Shown here piece after piece: positions 1 through 11,395 of a stretch of 64,000 nt of DNA. The position numbers and the translations under genes were made by a program. Source of the stretch: Lama guanicoe. Taxonomy: Eukaryota. Below the pieces are notes generated by a model. It worked only from the letters and a program-made list of their open reading frames with translations. It was not told the origin of the DNA and did not search any database. The number at the start of each line of letters is the position of its first letter. Position 1 is the stretch's first letter. Location of the stretch: positions 8,045,523 to 8,109,522 of the forward strand of contig MU055657.1 of the NCBI GenBank assembly GCA_013239625.1, in the 5' to 3' direction.

Positions 1-1378
1 TCAGTGAAAATTTCTCTCTGCTGCCCCCATCAGGGTGAGATTCGGATGCCCCAGCCCGATCCTTAAATCACATGTGTTCACACCTTAAGGAGGGCACTCA
101 CCTCCCTGTCCTGTAACTGTGCGTAGACCTGTTAGTCTAATCAGTTAGGTGCTGCTTAAATAAAGTGGCCGTGTATCGTATACCCTTAAATCCTCAGCAA
201 CGAGAAGCGTTTGGTACATACCTTCCAAATGATTGAGCAAATGGACATGTAAATATATTACACAGACAGCATCAGGGAAAAAAAAATGCCTTGAACATTT
301 TACCCTCCTGACCTACATCTCTTGATATTTTGGCCCTGGAAAGACAGCTTCTTGAGAATAAGAGCCCCTAACGCATGCACCAGCAATGGCACAACATGGT
401 CCAAACAAATCCCTGGGGCTATAAAAGAGCAAATGTGCCAAGGCAGGCATAATATACAAAGCAGATCAGTTGTGGGAAAAATTCAAGAAGGGTTAGTAAG
501 GTCACGGCCCTATATTTAAAGTCCTTAATAAAGGTTTCCATGGGCTGCTTGTATTGTTCATAGGTCACTCCTACTACTAAGACAGACCAGGTGAGGTTCT
601 GAGCTTGCTGTTTGGGGAACCGAGGGGCTCAGATTCTTGTGGCATGCATCTTTATTCGTTATACCCTGATAAGCATGGGGATTTGTGTTTTTTGGCCTGA
701 GAGTGGAAGATAATTTTCTTGGTGTGTGCTTATGTGGCTGTACATTGAATAAAAGCAGAGATGAGAATTGAGGCACGATGTGCTCTCTGAAACCACCCAG
801 CTGGCGAGCTGGTTTCCCCTATTGGAGAAAGGAGTTTGGGGCAGATGTTGAATGAAGCACAGCCAATCAAATTGTGGCATCGCTGTGCACAAACACAGGA
901 TGACTTCAGTGCCCAGAAGGCCATAATCATGAAGAGGAGAGAGGAGAAGTCACAGTCTCCCCAATTCTACTGCAGACCATGGGATCAAACAGAAATGATA
1001 CATACACAAATCATTTAACTGGAAGTAAATGTCCCACACTCACAGGTTGTTGTTTTCAGATATGCTTTGTTTTGTTTTTGGAGAAGGGAGAGTGGGACTA
1101 ATCAAGACACTTTAATGCACAATAGAGCGATTTTGGCCACAGTTTTATTCATATTACTTTCTTCTATTTTTTCCCCCAGAACTGGGGGAGCATCTCTTCT
1201 GTCTTTTGCATTGAGATTTCTAATTCATGTTCAGTCAATCTGCTCTCACTATTTATTCACCAGAAATAAATTTGAAATTGCAAAAACTATAAGTTATTCA
1301 TTTTCAACCAAATCGTTGTTTGAAACAAATTGTTGTACTGAGCGGCTTGCTGAATTTTAATCGAATTATATTTTGTCA

Positions 1379-1497
1379 GGAGGGTATAGCTGTGGTAGAA
1401 TGCATGCTTAGCATGCATGAGGTCCTGGGTTCAATCCCCAGCACTTCCTCTAAAAATAAATAAGTAAACCTAATTACCTCCCCCAGCAAAAAAAAAT
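1379..1497 (+). mobile_element. tRNA-derived SINE (camelid Vic-1-like)
   Basis: GGAGGGTATAGCTGTGGTAGAA head, B box GGTTCAATCCC, A-rich linker, CTAATTACCTCCCC, then A tail. Matches four other copies in the window. Confidence 0.9.
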
Positions 1498-1846
1498 ATA
1501 TATATATAGTCAATTTGGAGTCAGGGAAATTGCTTTGCATAAATAGTTTTTGGGCAAATTAGTTAATGATGAATCACTGGGACCTCTTAGAGTGGCCCCT
1601 GGCAAAGCATGGTGGGTCCCCGTGTCTACATCAGCCAAGCAGTGTTATCACAAAGGGCACTAGCAGAAGGGTAGCGAGGAGAGCTGCTTCTGAGAGCAAA
1701 TCAAAGATAAGGAACAGGAGAGAGTTTGTTCCCTTTTGCTTGCAGCAAACCCCCAGGGAATCCCAAAACTATCCGAGGGAGTCTACATTGAAGAAGGTGA
1801 TCTGATTTATTTTTTCTTTCTCAAGTCATATGGCAAGTGTTTTAGG

Positions 1847-2545
1847 CAAGGCTGTAACACTATCTGCAGGGCCCAGAGCAAAATAAAAATGCAAAGCCTT
1901 TATTCAGAAAGCAGGAAAATCTGCTGTTAAAGGTATTAAAATTTAACATTTTCTCCCTTTCTTCTGTGGTCTTTCAGTTAGTCATGGTAATTTTTTATTT
2001 GCTATTCAATGTCATTCTAAGTAACAAAAAATTCAAATTTGACAATATTTGCATGGATTTTTATCATTCTTCCTTGTATTGTTCAATCAATGCCAGTTTT
2101 AAATGCAAATATAAGAATTTATAGTGGAATCACTGAAATTACACAATCTGTATTTCATAACTTGTACACATATATGTATTTGTTCTTACAAGAACAGGAA
2201 AGATGTACTAAACTAATTCAACTGCTTTTATTTTACTTCCTGATGCACGTTCTTCCAAGAATCTCCACCTTCAACTTAATGATAAGTAGAAAAGACTGAA
2301 AGGAAAAGGAATTATGTGGTTGCCCTATTATTATTATGACACCATCATTTTCATCATAAATTGTTGGCTAATGTAAGAAAGTAATGTGTATTAAAAAATA
2401 CTATAAAGTTGCTTAGTTGTTTACATTTGTTAAAGTATCACTGCCACCTTTTACATTTGAAGCAAATTCTGCTTTCATAGAGAAAGCATGGCCTTTCAAA
2501 GTTTTCAGCACACCCCAGCCCACTCAAGTCTTATATGTAAGTACA
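1847..2545. mobile_element. hAT-Tip100 DNA transposon remnant, MER45B-like
   Basis: GCAGGGCCCAGAGCAAAATAAAAATGC...TTTTTATTTGCTATTCAATGTCATTCTAAGTAA...GCCAGTTTTAAATGCAAATATAAG resembles the MER45 family as recalled. Confidence 0.7.
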
Positions 2546-2559
2546 AAAGATCAAATGAA

Positions 2560-2688
2560 CAAATTAAGGAGACTCCATAGAACAGCTAAATATTGGAACA
2601 ACCTAAATATCTTCCGACAGAAGGGCAGAAAAAAAAATCACTATTCATGCAATGGAATAATACTCAGCAATAAAAAAGGAACAAACTT
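2560..2688 (+). mobile_element. Old L1 ORF2 3' fragment
   Basis: GGAACAACCTAAATATC and AATGGAATAATACTCAGCAATAAAAAAGGAACAAACT are L1 ORF2 C-terminal motifs. Confidence 0.7.
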
Positions 2689-2820
2689 CAGACCACCCCC
2701 AACTTACAATGGTTCAACTTATGATTATTCAGCTTTACAATGGTTCGAAAGTGCTATAAAGTCACTAGAAACTGTACTTCAAATTTTGAATTTTGATCTT
2801 TTCCCAGGCTAGAGATATGC
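2689..2820 (+). mobile_element. Tigger5/MER47B-like TcMar-Tigger fragment
   Basis: CAGACCACCCCCAACTTACAATGGTTCAACTTATGATT...GTACTTCAAATTTTGAATTTTGATCTTTTCCCAGGCTAG looks like a CpG-decayed Tigger terminus. Confidence 0.7.
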
Positions 2821-2899
2821 ATGCCCTCAATTGCCTTTGGGAGGCTGCCAACTTTTATCTATTTTGGAAAGAGTGGAAATATTTGAAGAAAATTTGGCA

Positions 2900-4080
2900 C
2901 AACTTGTCTGTAAAATGATCTAGGCATTGTACTTTTGTTAGAAGTTACTTCCCTTGTCAATTCCCTTATGATTATTGGCCTATCCAGTTTTTTTTCTTTT
3001 ACTCTTCTTAGTCTATATTTCTAGGAAATCCTCAATTTCATCTAGATTTTCAACTATTGGTATATAGTTGTAAGTATGATTATGTCATTTTCTTATTTAT
3101 AATGATATTATCATTTTTCCTTTTTTTTCCAGAAAACCTTGCCAGAGGTTAGCCCAATTTGTTTGTCTTTTTGCAGAACAACTTTTTAGTTTTATTGGTC
3201 AAGTCTATGTTTATTTTCTCTTATCTTATAAATTCTGATTTTATACATATTACATGTTTCTACTTTTCTCTTGTATTTTTATCTATTAAACTGAAAGTCT
3301 CAGTCATAAATTTTCAGTCTATTTTAATCTAAGAAACAGCACTTTAAGAGTATAGATTTCCTCTACTTCAGTATGACACCTGCACCCCAATGTTCATAGC
3401 AGCACTATTTACAATAGCCAAAACATGGAAACAGCCTAAATGTCCATCAACAGGTGACTGGATAAAGAAGATGTGGTATATTTATACAATGGAATACTAC
3501 TCAGCCATAAAAACTGACAACATAATGCCATTTGCAGCAACATGGATGCTCCTAGAGAATGTCATTCTAAGTGAAGTAAGCCAGAAAGAGAAAGAAAAAT
3601 ACCATATGAGATCGCTCATATGTGGAATCTAAAAAACAAACAAACAAACAAAAACAAAGTGTAAATACAGGACAGAAATAGACTCATGGACAGAGAATAC
3701 AGACTTGTGGTTACCAGGGGGGTAGAGGGTGGGAAGGGATAGACTGGGATTTCAAAATTGTAGAATAGATAAACAAGATTACACTGTATAGCACAGGGAA
3801 ATATACACAAAATGTTATGATAAATCACAGAGAAAAAAATGTGACAATGAGTGTGTATATGTCCATGAATGACTGAAAAATTGTGCTGAACACTGGAATT
3901 TGACACAACATTGTAAAATGATTATAAATCAATAAAAAATGTTAAAAAATAAAGAGTATAGATTTCCTCTCAGATACTGCTTTGGCTGCATCCCATAGGT
4001 TTTAATGAGGGTCACTTTTTAAAATTTATGTCTTGATTTCCCCTTGATCTCAAAAGATTTTTTAGATTATTTTTCAGTGA
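2900..4080 (-). mobile_element. Ancient L1M ORF2 fragment interrupted by a younger L1
   Basis: T-rich degenerate antisense L1 (e.g. ACTGCTTTGGCTGCATCCCATAGGTTTT) lies on both sides of the 3365-3951 insertion. Confidence 0.65.
3365..3951 (+). mobile_element. Young 5'-truncated L1 (ORF2 C-terminus, 3'UTR, A tail)
   Basis: Encodes MFIAALFTIAKTWKQPKCPS...YYSAIK, carries AATAAA and an A-rich tail. Perfect 19-bp TSD AAGAGTATAGATTTCCTCT at 3346-3364 and 3952-3970. Confidence 0.97.
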
Positions 4081-4129
4081 CTGGATGAGGGAGTTTTACT
4101 TCATGTTTACCCCATGTTTACTCTTCATT

Positions 4130-4412
4130 ATAGTAGACCTGGGGTCCCTAAGCCCATGGTTCCTTTTCTATAAAACAGTCCATTGCATGTCCCTCTGTAA
4201 TGTGTCATCTGGTCCTCTTCATGTCACCTTCTGGGAGTTGGAGCTCAGGTAACCAGGGCAAATATGGATGTTTATTCTACTTACTATAATAATGTTCTTT
4301 GTCTCTGACCAATGAGTTTCGTGTCTTCTGCCAGCATCCATGAAACTATGGCAGGGGATAATTTGTTAGCTTGCAAGTCAAGTAATATCTGAGACCTTTC
4401 ACAGTTCTTGAA
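4130..4412 (+). mobile_element. ERVL-class LTR 3' part (MER54/MER74 group)
   Basis: GTGTCTTCTGCCAGCATCCATGAAACT...TTGTTAGCTTGCAAGT...GACCTTTCACAGTTCTTGA is a recalled LTR U5 end. Confidence 0.65.
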
Positions 4413-5603
4413 AGCTTATACCTACAACTTCTAGTCTTCTAGTGCAACATTGCTCAACATGAGGTCTGTGGGCCATGGGAACACTTTTGTGACTAAGTGA
4501 GAACATTTGAATATGGTCTTTCAAGATAGAATGCCCATTAATACCACCAGATCCTCTCGGGCTAGCTTCATGTGACTGGAGCTAATGGAAACAAGAGACT
4601 GTATAAATTTGAAAGTGTGAATTGTCCGGAATGGGAAAGTTTAGGAACTCTACATGGGAGACAGCACTGGAGTGAGTAAGGTGGGCAGAGACAATTCTAC
4701 ATGAGAAACTACATAAATTACCAGGACGGTGTTGGACACTGGACTCACTAAGAGTGGGAGCCTGGACACCTCAGGGTTTCTACACCCCTCAAGATACCAG
4801 GAATCAGAGGGCTCTGGATGAAGGCAGGTTCTCAAGTCCAGCCCATGTATGGGTTCTAATCTTAGGCTTGGGCATATAGCTGACATATACCTGGATGTCA
4901 TCCAGTGCTATGAGCCAGGACTTCTTTGTGAAAGCTCTTGCAGCTTGAAAGGCCTGTAGTTTATGGTTATATGTAGTCTTAATAACTGTTAGTCTAATTA
5001 TTGTAAAAAGAGCAACCAATTTGAGAAATTCAGAATGACTTCTTTCATAATGTAGAAAATGAAGTAGATAGTAGTTGTGGAAAAGAAATATAAGCTGGGT
5101 CTAAGCAAGAGAAAAGGCAAGGCTATAAATAACTGGTTAACAGTCAGCGCAGATGTCCATCTGGCAAATATCAAGGGCTCCTGAGAGGAAATAATCTAGT
5201 CCAGCAAATCCCAGACTCACTTCTTTTCCTGGTGGTAGGTGGCCCATGAGGCTAGCAGTAGCGCCAAACCTGGGGATCTACAGCAGAGGCAAAGTATTGA
5301 GGGAGATGTCTGGTACCCAGCTCCTGCTGATGCAAAGGGAGGCCCTCATTGCTTGGATTCCTGAGAAAGAAATGCTGAGAAAGGACGGCTTCTGATGTTA
5401 GAGTATCAGCACCACACAGGCTGACCATTCTGCGGCTCAGTCACTGCAGGTTTCCATGGTGATAGGTCCTGAGGCTCTGAAATATACATCCTGGCCTATG
5501 TGATGCTCTGCATCCAGTGCCTTTTATGTTCCCTGTGCTTAGGCTAGTACCTGTGCAGTTACCAAACAGCACTGCTGGTTTTCAAGCCTTCTACATTTCA
5601 GGC

Positions 5604-5641
5604 AAAACAAAACAAAACAAACAACAACAACAACAACAAAA
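5604..5641. repeat. (AAAAC)n/(AAC)n simple repeat
   Basis: aaaacaaaacaaaacaaacaacaacaacaacaacaaaa. Confidence 0.9.
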
Positions 5642-8289
5642 TCTGAAGGACAACAAAAATTGCAGCAATTGAACAGATTGCTCACCCAAATTATTAGGAA
5701 TGAAATGGACCTCTCTCTCGCTACCTTGGGAGGAAAACATCTGAAGCCATCTTCACCTCAATTGCTGTTGTTCTGAGATGTATGAACACAAGTACCTGAA
5801 ACTTTTGTCTTTGCAATAGTTGTCCTAAGCTTGATTCTGGCCACTTTAGTCTAAAGACTAGGGGGTCTCGGCAATCATGCTGAATGCTGATAGCGGTTGT
5901 TGTAATGGTCACCATGAAAATGAAGAAATAGATTAGAACAGTGCATACACTATAATTATCATTTCGTTTCCTCATTACTGTAGCCATCGCTATTGGATCT
6001 GCAGGGCTATCCTTTTGAGAAAATGGTAGACTCTGGATGGGATACAATAACTCCCCCAACTGTTGCAGTTAAAAAAATCTTCTCTCATTTTAGTCCTGCT
6101 TCAACAGAGGTGGAAGCAGGAATTATGAAATGGAGGTGATAACTGATCCAAATTGTGGGGACCAGAGGAGGCACCTATAGTGCAAACCCTAGTAATGCTG
6201 TGTTAAGAATCTCCCTGCAGCCTTCAAAGTTACCAACATTTACATTCTTGTATCTACAAAGTATTTTTAACCTTGGATTTATTTCAGCATATAAAGGAGA
6301 TATTTATAAAAAGGAGCTTATAACCATGACCAGAAGTGAACCCAAAAAACTTTGTAAAGAAATTAATCACAAATCACAGGTACAAACTTCCTCGTTGTTT
6401 TTTTTTTTTCTAGTCATGTTTAATTGTTTGGGTTTGATTTGTGGGAGAACAGGATGACTTCTGCTTCAAATGGAGTTATTTTACATATTTTCCTTATTTG
6501 ATATGATCTTGGGAAAAAAACATACGTATCCCTTAAGAGAGACAAACAATTCACGTCATGAAAATGGGCTGCATAAAACTGCAATAAATACATATTCAAG
6601 GGCATAAATACGTAGTAACACATTGCTGCTAAAAATCAAATACGTGGTAGGATTTCCCTTCAGGAGAGAAACAGGCTGCATCAAAAGCTATTTAGGCTTT
6701 CCCTGAAGGCCCCAAATGTCCCACATTCTCAATTCACACAGCCTGCTTCTGGACCACTTTTAATGTTAAGAATTGGTACTATTTTCATGTATTCTTGTTG
6801 TCAAATTATGGTGTCTCTCTTAGGCAGGTGAAGTACAAATTCGTATCTCTTAGAGTAACAGCTATCGCCTCACTTTCTCTAAACGACCAAGACAGTAATT
6901 TTCATCTTTCTTCTCAGTATGTACAGAATAGATTCCCATCCTCCACTCCACTGGAGTACAGTCTGCTTATCTTCCTGTCCACAGTGACCATTGCAAGAAA
7001 GCTAACTTTGTTTCTCATGTTTTCCTGAAACATAAATCTTGTCATTGCTTCTTCAACTGCAACTTGTATAATAAAACAATTCTTTTGCCATAGCTCCATG
7101 TTACAAGCTCCAGTCTTTCCCTCAGGCACCAATTTCTAACCAACTGCAGTTTAGCTGAGGCTGAGTGAAGGAAACAAGACATAGGAAGGGCAAGACCTTT
7201 GTAGCAACGAGGCAGAGAACCTTGGTCTCCAGTCCAAGAGGCTATTGGTGAGGGTTCATTCTTCCAGTTTGAACCTGCATCCTTTTCTTTGATACTCCAG
7301 CTTCTGCCTAAAGTCCCAAATTTCCCCGATTCCAGCTGAGTGAGATGGTGGTATGTTTCCCTTTCCCACCCATCAAGTGAACTTCAAGTGAACGCCGGAT
7401 TCAAAACGCCGGGAGGTGGGGAACGCCCCACCTCCCTTGCTCAGTCATAAAGTCGTTCTGATGATGCAAAAGGTAATTTATGTTAGAGTCTCAACACAGC
7501 GCCACACAGGGGTTCCCAGCTGTCATTATCACTGTCACTGCTTGTGTTACTGCTATTATTATTCCTTAGCTCTCTTGAGATAATACATGTTTCTTTATTT
7601 AGCTCTTCCTTGTTTCATTCCATTGAATTCTAACTTTTTTTAAAAAAATTATCTAATTTTCCTTTTCTTGCAAATTTCTGAGGGGGGTGGAACTGCAAAG
7701 ATGCTTTCAAAAGTTCACTTAATGTCCTGTTTTATTCGATCCAACAAAATCACACCACGATTTTAGTTTCTCTACATCTCATCCTTCCATAAGAAATTAA
7801 TCTTATCTGTTCACTTGAAAAATACTCATCAATGTGTTCAAATATTGACAGGTGGATGGATGCTGCAAACAGCTTTAATTTGATTTTAAATGTTTTCTCA
7901 AAGAAATGAAGCAGAGGGGAAAAAAAGATATAAAAGTAATCAGTAAGTGGAATGAATTATGCTTAAAATTTTTCTTTCGCTTAAGTAACAAAGAAAGCTA
8001 ATCCTATAATTTATTGAGGAGAGAGTCATTGAAGAAATAGTTAACAAGCTGATAGGAAAATAATCAGGAAGCTGGAATACAGCTCATCACTTACAGAAAG
8101 AATGCATCACACTTATGCTGTTTTGAAGAAATTAGTACCTATGGAGGGAACTGGAGTACAGTCTGCTTAGTCTTTGTAATATTTAACTGTGATTTTATGT
8201 AGAATCTGAATAGTTATGGTGGCCCAGTGCCTGTCTTGTGTATAGCTTAATTGCATCATCTTTGAATTCAGAAAGCCATGGATTCTATG

Positions 8290-8495
8290 ATTTCATCTAC
8301 TCTGGTCATCACCACTTTCTAGCTAATCTTGGGCAAGCTACTTTAACCTCTTTATGCCTCAGTTTCCTCAACTATAAAATAAAGGTAATAGAACTTACCT
8401 TATAAGGCTGACTTGAGAATAAAATGGAGTACTGGATGTAATTATCAAGAGTGTCTGGTTCATTATAAAAAATAAATATTATCCATTATTATATT
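8290..8495 (+). mobile_element. MIR SINE
   Basis: Core CTTGGGCAAGCTACTTTAACCTCTTTATGCCTCAGTTTCCTCAACTATAAAAT. Confidence 0.85.
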
Positions 8496-8849
8496 AGGGC
8501 TCTTTTTCAGTTTTCTGAAAATAATTAGATATCTTAGGAGCATGAAATTACTAGTTCTCAAGCTAAAACTTTCTTGAATCTACCAAATAAAGAGCCACAT
8601 AAACATAAAACAACAAAAAACTATAAGAAAAAGTCGCTCAAAGAGATTTGAACTTGGACTTCTCTATTTTTTTTATTTCAGTTGGTGTTAAATTAATCAT
8701 TCTTCTCAGATCATGACCCACTAAGATCTCAGAAGATCCCTGTCTTGTCTCATTTAATTTTTGATATTCCCTCTTTGTTCTCCATCCTACTCTCCTTCCT
8801 TTTCTGGTTATTCAGTGTGTGCAAACATAGTGCCTACTCTGTACATATG

Positions 8850-9705
8850 AAGTCTTTAAAAGAAATACCAAATTGTTTTATGCATGTTCTCTCTCTTAAT
8901 TTACATAAATGATATTATACTGCAGATCTTAGTGTGTCATACATATTTCAGTTAACACTACGTTGGTAAAATCTATTTGTGTTTCTGTGTATATGCTGAG
9001 TTCATTGTCTTTGATGGCTGCATAGTATTCCATGCAGCTACAACATTCCGCACGTCCACTCTCCCAGAGATAGTCACCTAAGTAGCTTTCAACATCCTGC
9101 TACTACCAATTCACCTACTTACTTGTCTGTGTTCTCTCGTGGAACTGTAAATGAATTTTTCCTGGAGGTGTGATTCCTGTGAAAGGAGACACCACAACTA
9201 ACTGCACTAATGCGGCTAGATTGCTTATTAGAATGATTGTGCTATTTCCTCACATCTTCACCAGTACCCAGCTAATTCTCATTTTTGCCAATCCGACTGT
9301 GAAGGGATTTCACATTGTTGTTTTATTCCCCATTTTTATGACCACCAGTGAACTTGAGTTTCTGTTTCCACACTTATCTGCCATCTCTCTGGAATCCTTA
9401 TTTGTGTCTTTTGCCCACTTTCCTATAGGATTCTTTCCCTGTAGAGGGAGGGTCTCTGATGGATTTACAAGCTTTGCTTGCATATTTGAAATACTAGTTT
9501 TAGATCTTGCAAATATCTTCTCCTAGTCAGTTATCTGTATGTTGACCATATTTATGTTGTTATTCATTGAGCAGAAGATTTTATTTTTATGGAGCCAATC
9601 TATTGTTTTTCCTTACAGTTTATGTTTTGGAGTTATTATTTAAGAAGTACTCCTCCCACCCCCAGCCAAAGTCACAAAAACATTTTTCACATTTTCTTCC
9701 TTTAG
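8850..9705 (-). mobile_element. Old L1 (L1ME/L1MD-like) 3' region
   Basis: Antisense L1 motifs GGCTGCATAGTATTCCAT, TTTGTGTCTTTTGCCCACTTT and TTGCAAATATCTTCTCC. Confidence 0.8.
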
Positions 9706-9707
9706 CT

Positions 9708-10205
9708 TGTCCGAGATAAACAAAGCCAGACACTAGTTAAAGCGATATGGACTAAAGTTAGTAATACTTTTGTTATATGGAAGAGGATTCAGCATAAACT
9801 GAACTCAACTTCACTGAAACAAAAGGCTGTGGGTGTTTTAAAAGCTGAGGCGTGCTGAGGAAAAGGCCCTGAGGACCGTGAAGGGAAGTTAGGCCATGCA
9901 GCTAGGCCACCTGGATTTGTTAATTGGCATTTATCCAGAGGAGAAACCAGCTTCTCATTTCTTTATAACAGGAGGCTGTGGTACAGATTGAAGCAAGGTG
10001 CCCACGGAGCACAGGCCCTTACCTTCCAATAGCAAAGGGGAGAGAGAGTCAGAGTTTTCTCCCTCAGCGTTTGCATTTTAAAGTGGTGATTATCAGGGTC
10101 TTGAGGAAATAGTTTGGGGTGAGCGTTTTATCTCTCAAAGGGCAGAGAAAGGATTTATAATTGCAAGCTTTCTAAAGGTAATGCTTTGAGAGTTGATTCG
10201 GGGCC
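9708..10205 (-). mobile_element. ERV1-class LTR (MER67/MER89/MER31-like)
   Basis: Begins TGTCCGAGATAAACAAAGCCAGACACTAGTTAAAG and contains AACTGAACTCAACTTCACTGAAACAAAAGG. Exact subfamily uncertain. Confidence 0.65.
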
Positions 10206-10206
10206 T

Positions 10207-10242
10207 TATTAGTCAGGGTTCTCTAAAGAAACAGAACTGATG

Positions 10243-10291
<49 letters not shown>

Positions 10292-10300
10292 GAGAAAGAG
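10207..10300. mobile_element. MLT2 LTR terminal fragment carrying a microsatellite
   Basis: TATTAGTCAGGGTTCTCTAAAGAAACAGAAC followed by a dinucleotide repeat is the typical MLT2 terminus. Confidence 0.75.
10245..10288. repeat. (GT)22 microsatellite
   Basis: Perfect GT run counted directly. Confidence 0.98.
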
Positions 10301-10324
10301 AGCATAATGGTGTGGCTGACTGGT

Positions 10325-11395
10325 TTTCAAAAATTTTCTCCCACTGTGTAGGCTGTCTTTTCACATTGTGAATTGTTTCTTTTGTTGTGCAAGAGCTTTT
10401 GAGTTTGATGTCCCATTTGTTGATTTTTTAATTTTATAACGTGTGCTTTTGGCATCATCTCTCCCAAATTATTGCCGAGACCAATACCAATTGAGCTTCT
10501 TCCCTCTATTTTCTTCTAGGAGTGTTATGGTGTCAGGTATTACGCTTAAGTCTTTGATCCTTTTTCTTTTTCTTTTTTTAAATTTCTAATACCATAGATA
10601 ATAGATCTTTTTTCAATAGATTTTTGTGAGTGGTGTGAGATAGGGGTCCAATTTCATTGCTCTGCATGTATTTCTCCAGTTTTCCCAGCACCATTTGTTG
10701 AAGAGACTATCATTTCCCCATTGGGTATCCTTGGCCCCCTTGTCAAATATTAGTTGACCATATATGCCAGGGTTTAATTCTGGGCACTCTATTCTATTCC
10801 ACTGGTCAATGTGTCCATTTTTGTTCTAGTATCACACAATTTTTTTTATTACAGCTTTGTAGTATAGTTTGAAATTCAGAAGAATGAAAGCCCCAGTTTT
10901 GTTCTTTTTTCTCAAGATAGCTTTGGCTATTCAAAGTCTTTCACTATTCCATTCAAGTTTTAGGATTGTTTCTTCTATTTCTGCAAAGAATGCATTTGGT
11001 GTTTTGATGAGGATTGCACTGAATCTATAGATGGCTTTGGGTAGTATGGCCATTTTAATGATATTAATTCTGCCATTTCATGAACATAGGACATCTTTCC
11101 ATTTGTTTCTTCTTTGATTTCTTTCAGTACAATTCTGTACTTTTCATTGTACAGATCTTTCACTTCCTTGGTTAAATTATTCCTAATTATTGTATTGTTT
11201 TTGATGCTATTGTGAATGGGACTTTTTAAATTTTCCTTTTCAGATGCTTCATCATTAGTGAAAAAGAATGCAATTGATTTCTGGGTTTTAATTTTGTATC
11301 CTGCCACTTAACTGAAATCATTGATTAATTCCAATAGCTTTTTGACTGATTCTTTGGGATTTCCTATATGTAGGATCATACCATCAGCAAACAAT
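10325..11395 (-). mobile_element. L1 ORF2 internal fragment (post-RT region), degenerate
   Basis: ORF-track peptide MAGYKIKTQKSIAFF...LTKEVKDLYNEKY is L1 ORF2, with frameshifts and stops nearby. Confidence 0.95.

Noticed and set aside
2417..2812. 131-aa ORF
   Set aside because: It spans three unrelated repeat fragments (MER45-like, L1, Tigger) and is a chance open frame.
3390..3632. ORFs with recognisable protein sequence (also 10975-11307, 29856-30038, 40048-40257, 63311-63541)
   Set aside because: All are fragments of L1 ORF2 in truncated retrotransposons, not host genes.
5726..5796. Possible minus-strand exon (TTTCAG/GTACTTG...CCCAAG/GTAGCG)
   Set aside because: The donor is weak, the peptide is unrecognised, and there are no supporting partner exons.
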